The position numbers were made by a program, and so were the translations under genes. Of a stretch of 64,000 nt of DNA, positions 42,001-45,000 are shown one piece after another. The DNA lies in NCBI GenBank assembly GCA_977018835.1, contig OZ361258.1, forward strand, positions 2,790,001 through 2,854,000, read 5' to 3'. Each line of letters begins with the position of its first letter. Positions within the stretch are counted from its first letter, which is position 1. The notes beneath the pieces were generated by a model that saw only the letters and a program-made list of their open reading frames with translations, made no database searches and had not been told where the DNA came from. The stretch comes from Minutocellus sp. GHC0000111 (Eukaryota).

Positions 42001-45000
42001 TCGATGTGGTCGGCGAGGGCTTCTATGGCGACGAGAAGGACGAGCAGCTTGCCATCATCGATCCGAGCAGCACCGGCACCATTACCAAGAAGGCCTTTGT
42101 TTCGTGGTACGTCAACTTCGTCACCGCTGCAGATGCCGACGATGACGAGTCGGCCTCGTTAGACACCGCCGACCGCGAAGAACGCGAGGAGGAAAGGCAG
42201 AACGCCGACCAGGCCTTTACTGACACCGTCGGCGAGGGCATCGATGTTATTGACTCGGCCGCCTTTGGAGATCTGATTGAGTCGATGGGCACTACATACT
42301 GTGAGGAAGAGCATCGCCGCACCATCAAGAAGATTAGCGGTGCGGATGGGAAGATTTCCCGCGATGCATTCATTGCATGGTATCTTGACTGGTTGTTTGG
42401 GGGTGATGAGTCCGACATCGAGACGGATGAGGAGGACGAAGCCGGCGAAGAAGAAGAGAGACCGGCCACATCGGGTGGAGAAGGGTGGGGCAATGCATTC
42501 GGCGTCGAGGAAGGATCCTGGAAGTGCGATGCTTGCATGGTGCGTAACAAGGCCGGTGATACCAAGTGTGCTGCTTGTGAGACTGTCCGCCCTGGATACG
42601 AAGACAAGCAAGAGGAGAGCAGCGATAGTGCTGCCGCGAGTGGGTCTGCCATCGGCGCCGGTGGTTTTAGCTTCGGCGGAGGGGCGAGTACTGCTGCTGC
42701 GGCCGCTCCTTCGATTGGATCGGGAGGATTCAGCTTTGGTGGGGCTACTACATCGGCACCAGCACCAGCACCGGCACCTGTAACTGCTGTATCGTCTGGC
42801 GGAGGCTTCAGCTTTGGTGCCAAGCCATCATCAACTGCAACCAGCTCTACTACCGGAGGATTCAGTTTTGGTGCACCGCCTGCGCCTGCGGGCAAGGTAC
42901 CGGACAAGGCCGAGAAGAAGAAAGACGAGAAGGCAGTATCATCCTCAAGTGCAAGTTTCCCCCCTCTTGCGACCAAGGCACCGACGCCCTTCTCGGCAAC
43001 TGCGAAGGCGAGTGCAGCAGCTCCAGCAGCCACCGCAAAGCCCGCCGCTTCAAGTAGCGCCTTCCCACCGATGAGTACTGCAGCTCCTAAGAATCCATTC
43101 TCGGCAACTGCGAAGGCCCCTGTTGCTGTGGCTCCAGCACCAGCTCCAGCACCAGCGGCCAAGCCTGCTGCTTCGAGTAGCGCATTCCCGCCGATGAGTA
43201 CTGCAGCTCCTAAGAATCCGTTCTCCGCTCCCTCGAAGCCTCCAGCACCAGCACCAGCGGCCAAGCCTGCTGCTTCGAGTAGCGCATTCCCGCCGATGAG
43301 TACTGCAGCTCCTAAGAATCCGTTCTCCGCTCCCTCGAAGCCTCCAGCACCAGCACCAGCGGCCAAGTCCGCTGCTTCGAGTAGTGCATTCCCGCCGATG
43401 AGTACTGCAGCTCCTAAGAATCCGTTCGCGTCGGTAAAGCTGACGTCGAGCTCTGCTACAATCGGCAGCACGAGTACGAGCGGTGGCTTTTCGTTTGGCA
43501 CCCCAAGCACTCTCGGCGGTGGCAGCGGGGCGCCGGCAACGACCAAGGGCGGCTTTTCGTTTGGATCGACGGGAAGTGCGACCTTTGGCAGTCCACCGGC
43601 CAAGTTGGAGGCCCCCAAGGCCACCGAGCAGGAGAAGTCAGCGCCGATATTTGGCTCTGGGTCGAAGGCTCCGGTCTTTGGAAGCGGCTCTGGCGTTGGT
43701 GGTTTTGCGGCCCTCGCATCGTCTCCAGCTCCTGCTGGTGCTGGTGCAGGGAGCAAGACATCGTCGACTGGCTTTGGTTTTGGCTTTGGCGGTAGCAGTA
43801 GTAGTAGTACTAGTGGTGTCAGCGGTGTTGATTCTTCGATGGTGAAGCCATTGTTTGGATCGGTGCCTGCGGCTGCTCCTGCGCCTACGTCTGAAGCCGC
43901 ACCTGCTCCTGCGCCGGCTGGTGCATCTGCGACTGACAATGGTACCGACAACATTAGGGAAGACGATGTTGGAGTATCAGGAACGGCGAAGCCTTTGTCG
44001 GATACTGATGAGGCGAGGACAGCCACGGCCGTCTTTGATTCTCTCGATGAGGGCAAGAAGGGCAGGGTACCGGCCTCAATGTTCGAGGCGCTCACCGACG
44101 AGCTTGGCGAAGGCTTCCACGGGGACGAGTTCGACAAGCAACTTGCCATCATCGACCCTGAAGGGACGGGCTTCATCGCTCGGTCCTCCTTTGCGGCATG
44201 GTACTCGGAGCTTGTCCTCGGAGGCTCTGGAGATGGCGAAGATGGTTCCGATGCTGGATCGCTCGACACTGAGGAGCGAGAAGAACGTGAGGAGGAGCGT
44301 CAGAATGCTGACGAGGCCTTTACTGCCGCGGCTGGTGAGGATGTGGACGTCCTTGCCGTGTCAGCCTTCAGTGATCTGATTGAGTCTATGGGCACGACTT
44401 ACTGCGAAGAGGAGCACCGACGTACCATCAAGAAAATTAGCAGCGAGGATGGCGCTACGATATCTCGTGATGCTTTCGTCGCTTGGTATTTGGACTGGCT
44501 CTTTGGAGGCGATGAGTCCGATATCGAGAGCGACGAAGGTGAAGATGACGAGGATGGTGATGCCGACGGTGCTGGTGGTACTGGCGGTGCATCGTCATCG
44601 GAGGGATGGGGAGGTACCTTTGGCGCTGCCGAGGAGGGTTCCTGGAAGTGCGATGCTTGTATGGTCCGGAACAAGGCTTCAGATGCCAAATGTGCTGCCT
44701 GTGAGACTGCACGCCCTGGATACGAAGCCAAGGCTGCGGAGGTATCGAGCGGCGATGGCTCGGCCACTGCGTCGTCAGCGGCGGCGTTTGCATCTGAGAT
44801 AGGAACTGGTGGATTTTCATTCGGTGGCGGTGGTAGTAGCAGCAGTACCGCGGCACCTGCTCCTGCCTCATCCTCATCGATTGGAGCCGGCGGCTTCAGC
44901 TTTGGTGGCAATACTACTACTAGCAGCGCAGCGACACCAGCTCCGGCCTTTGGCGCATCATCGGCGGTCTCGTCCTCATCTTCAGGCGGAGGCTTCGCGT

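Noticed and set aside
154..43839. Array read as 14 separate tandem genes each starting at MVKPLFG
   Set aside because: There are no stops (except one SNP), UTRs or intergenic DNA between units; the Met is internal to a continuous frame.
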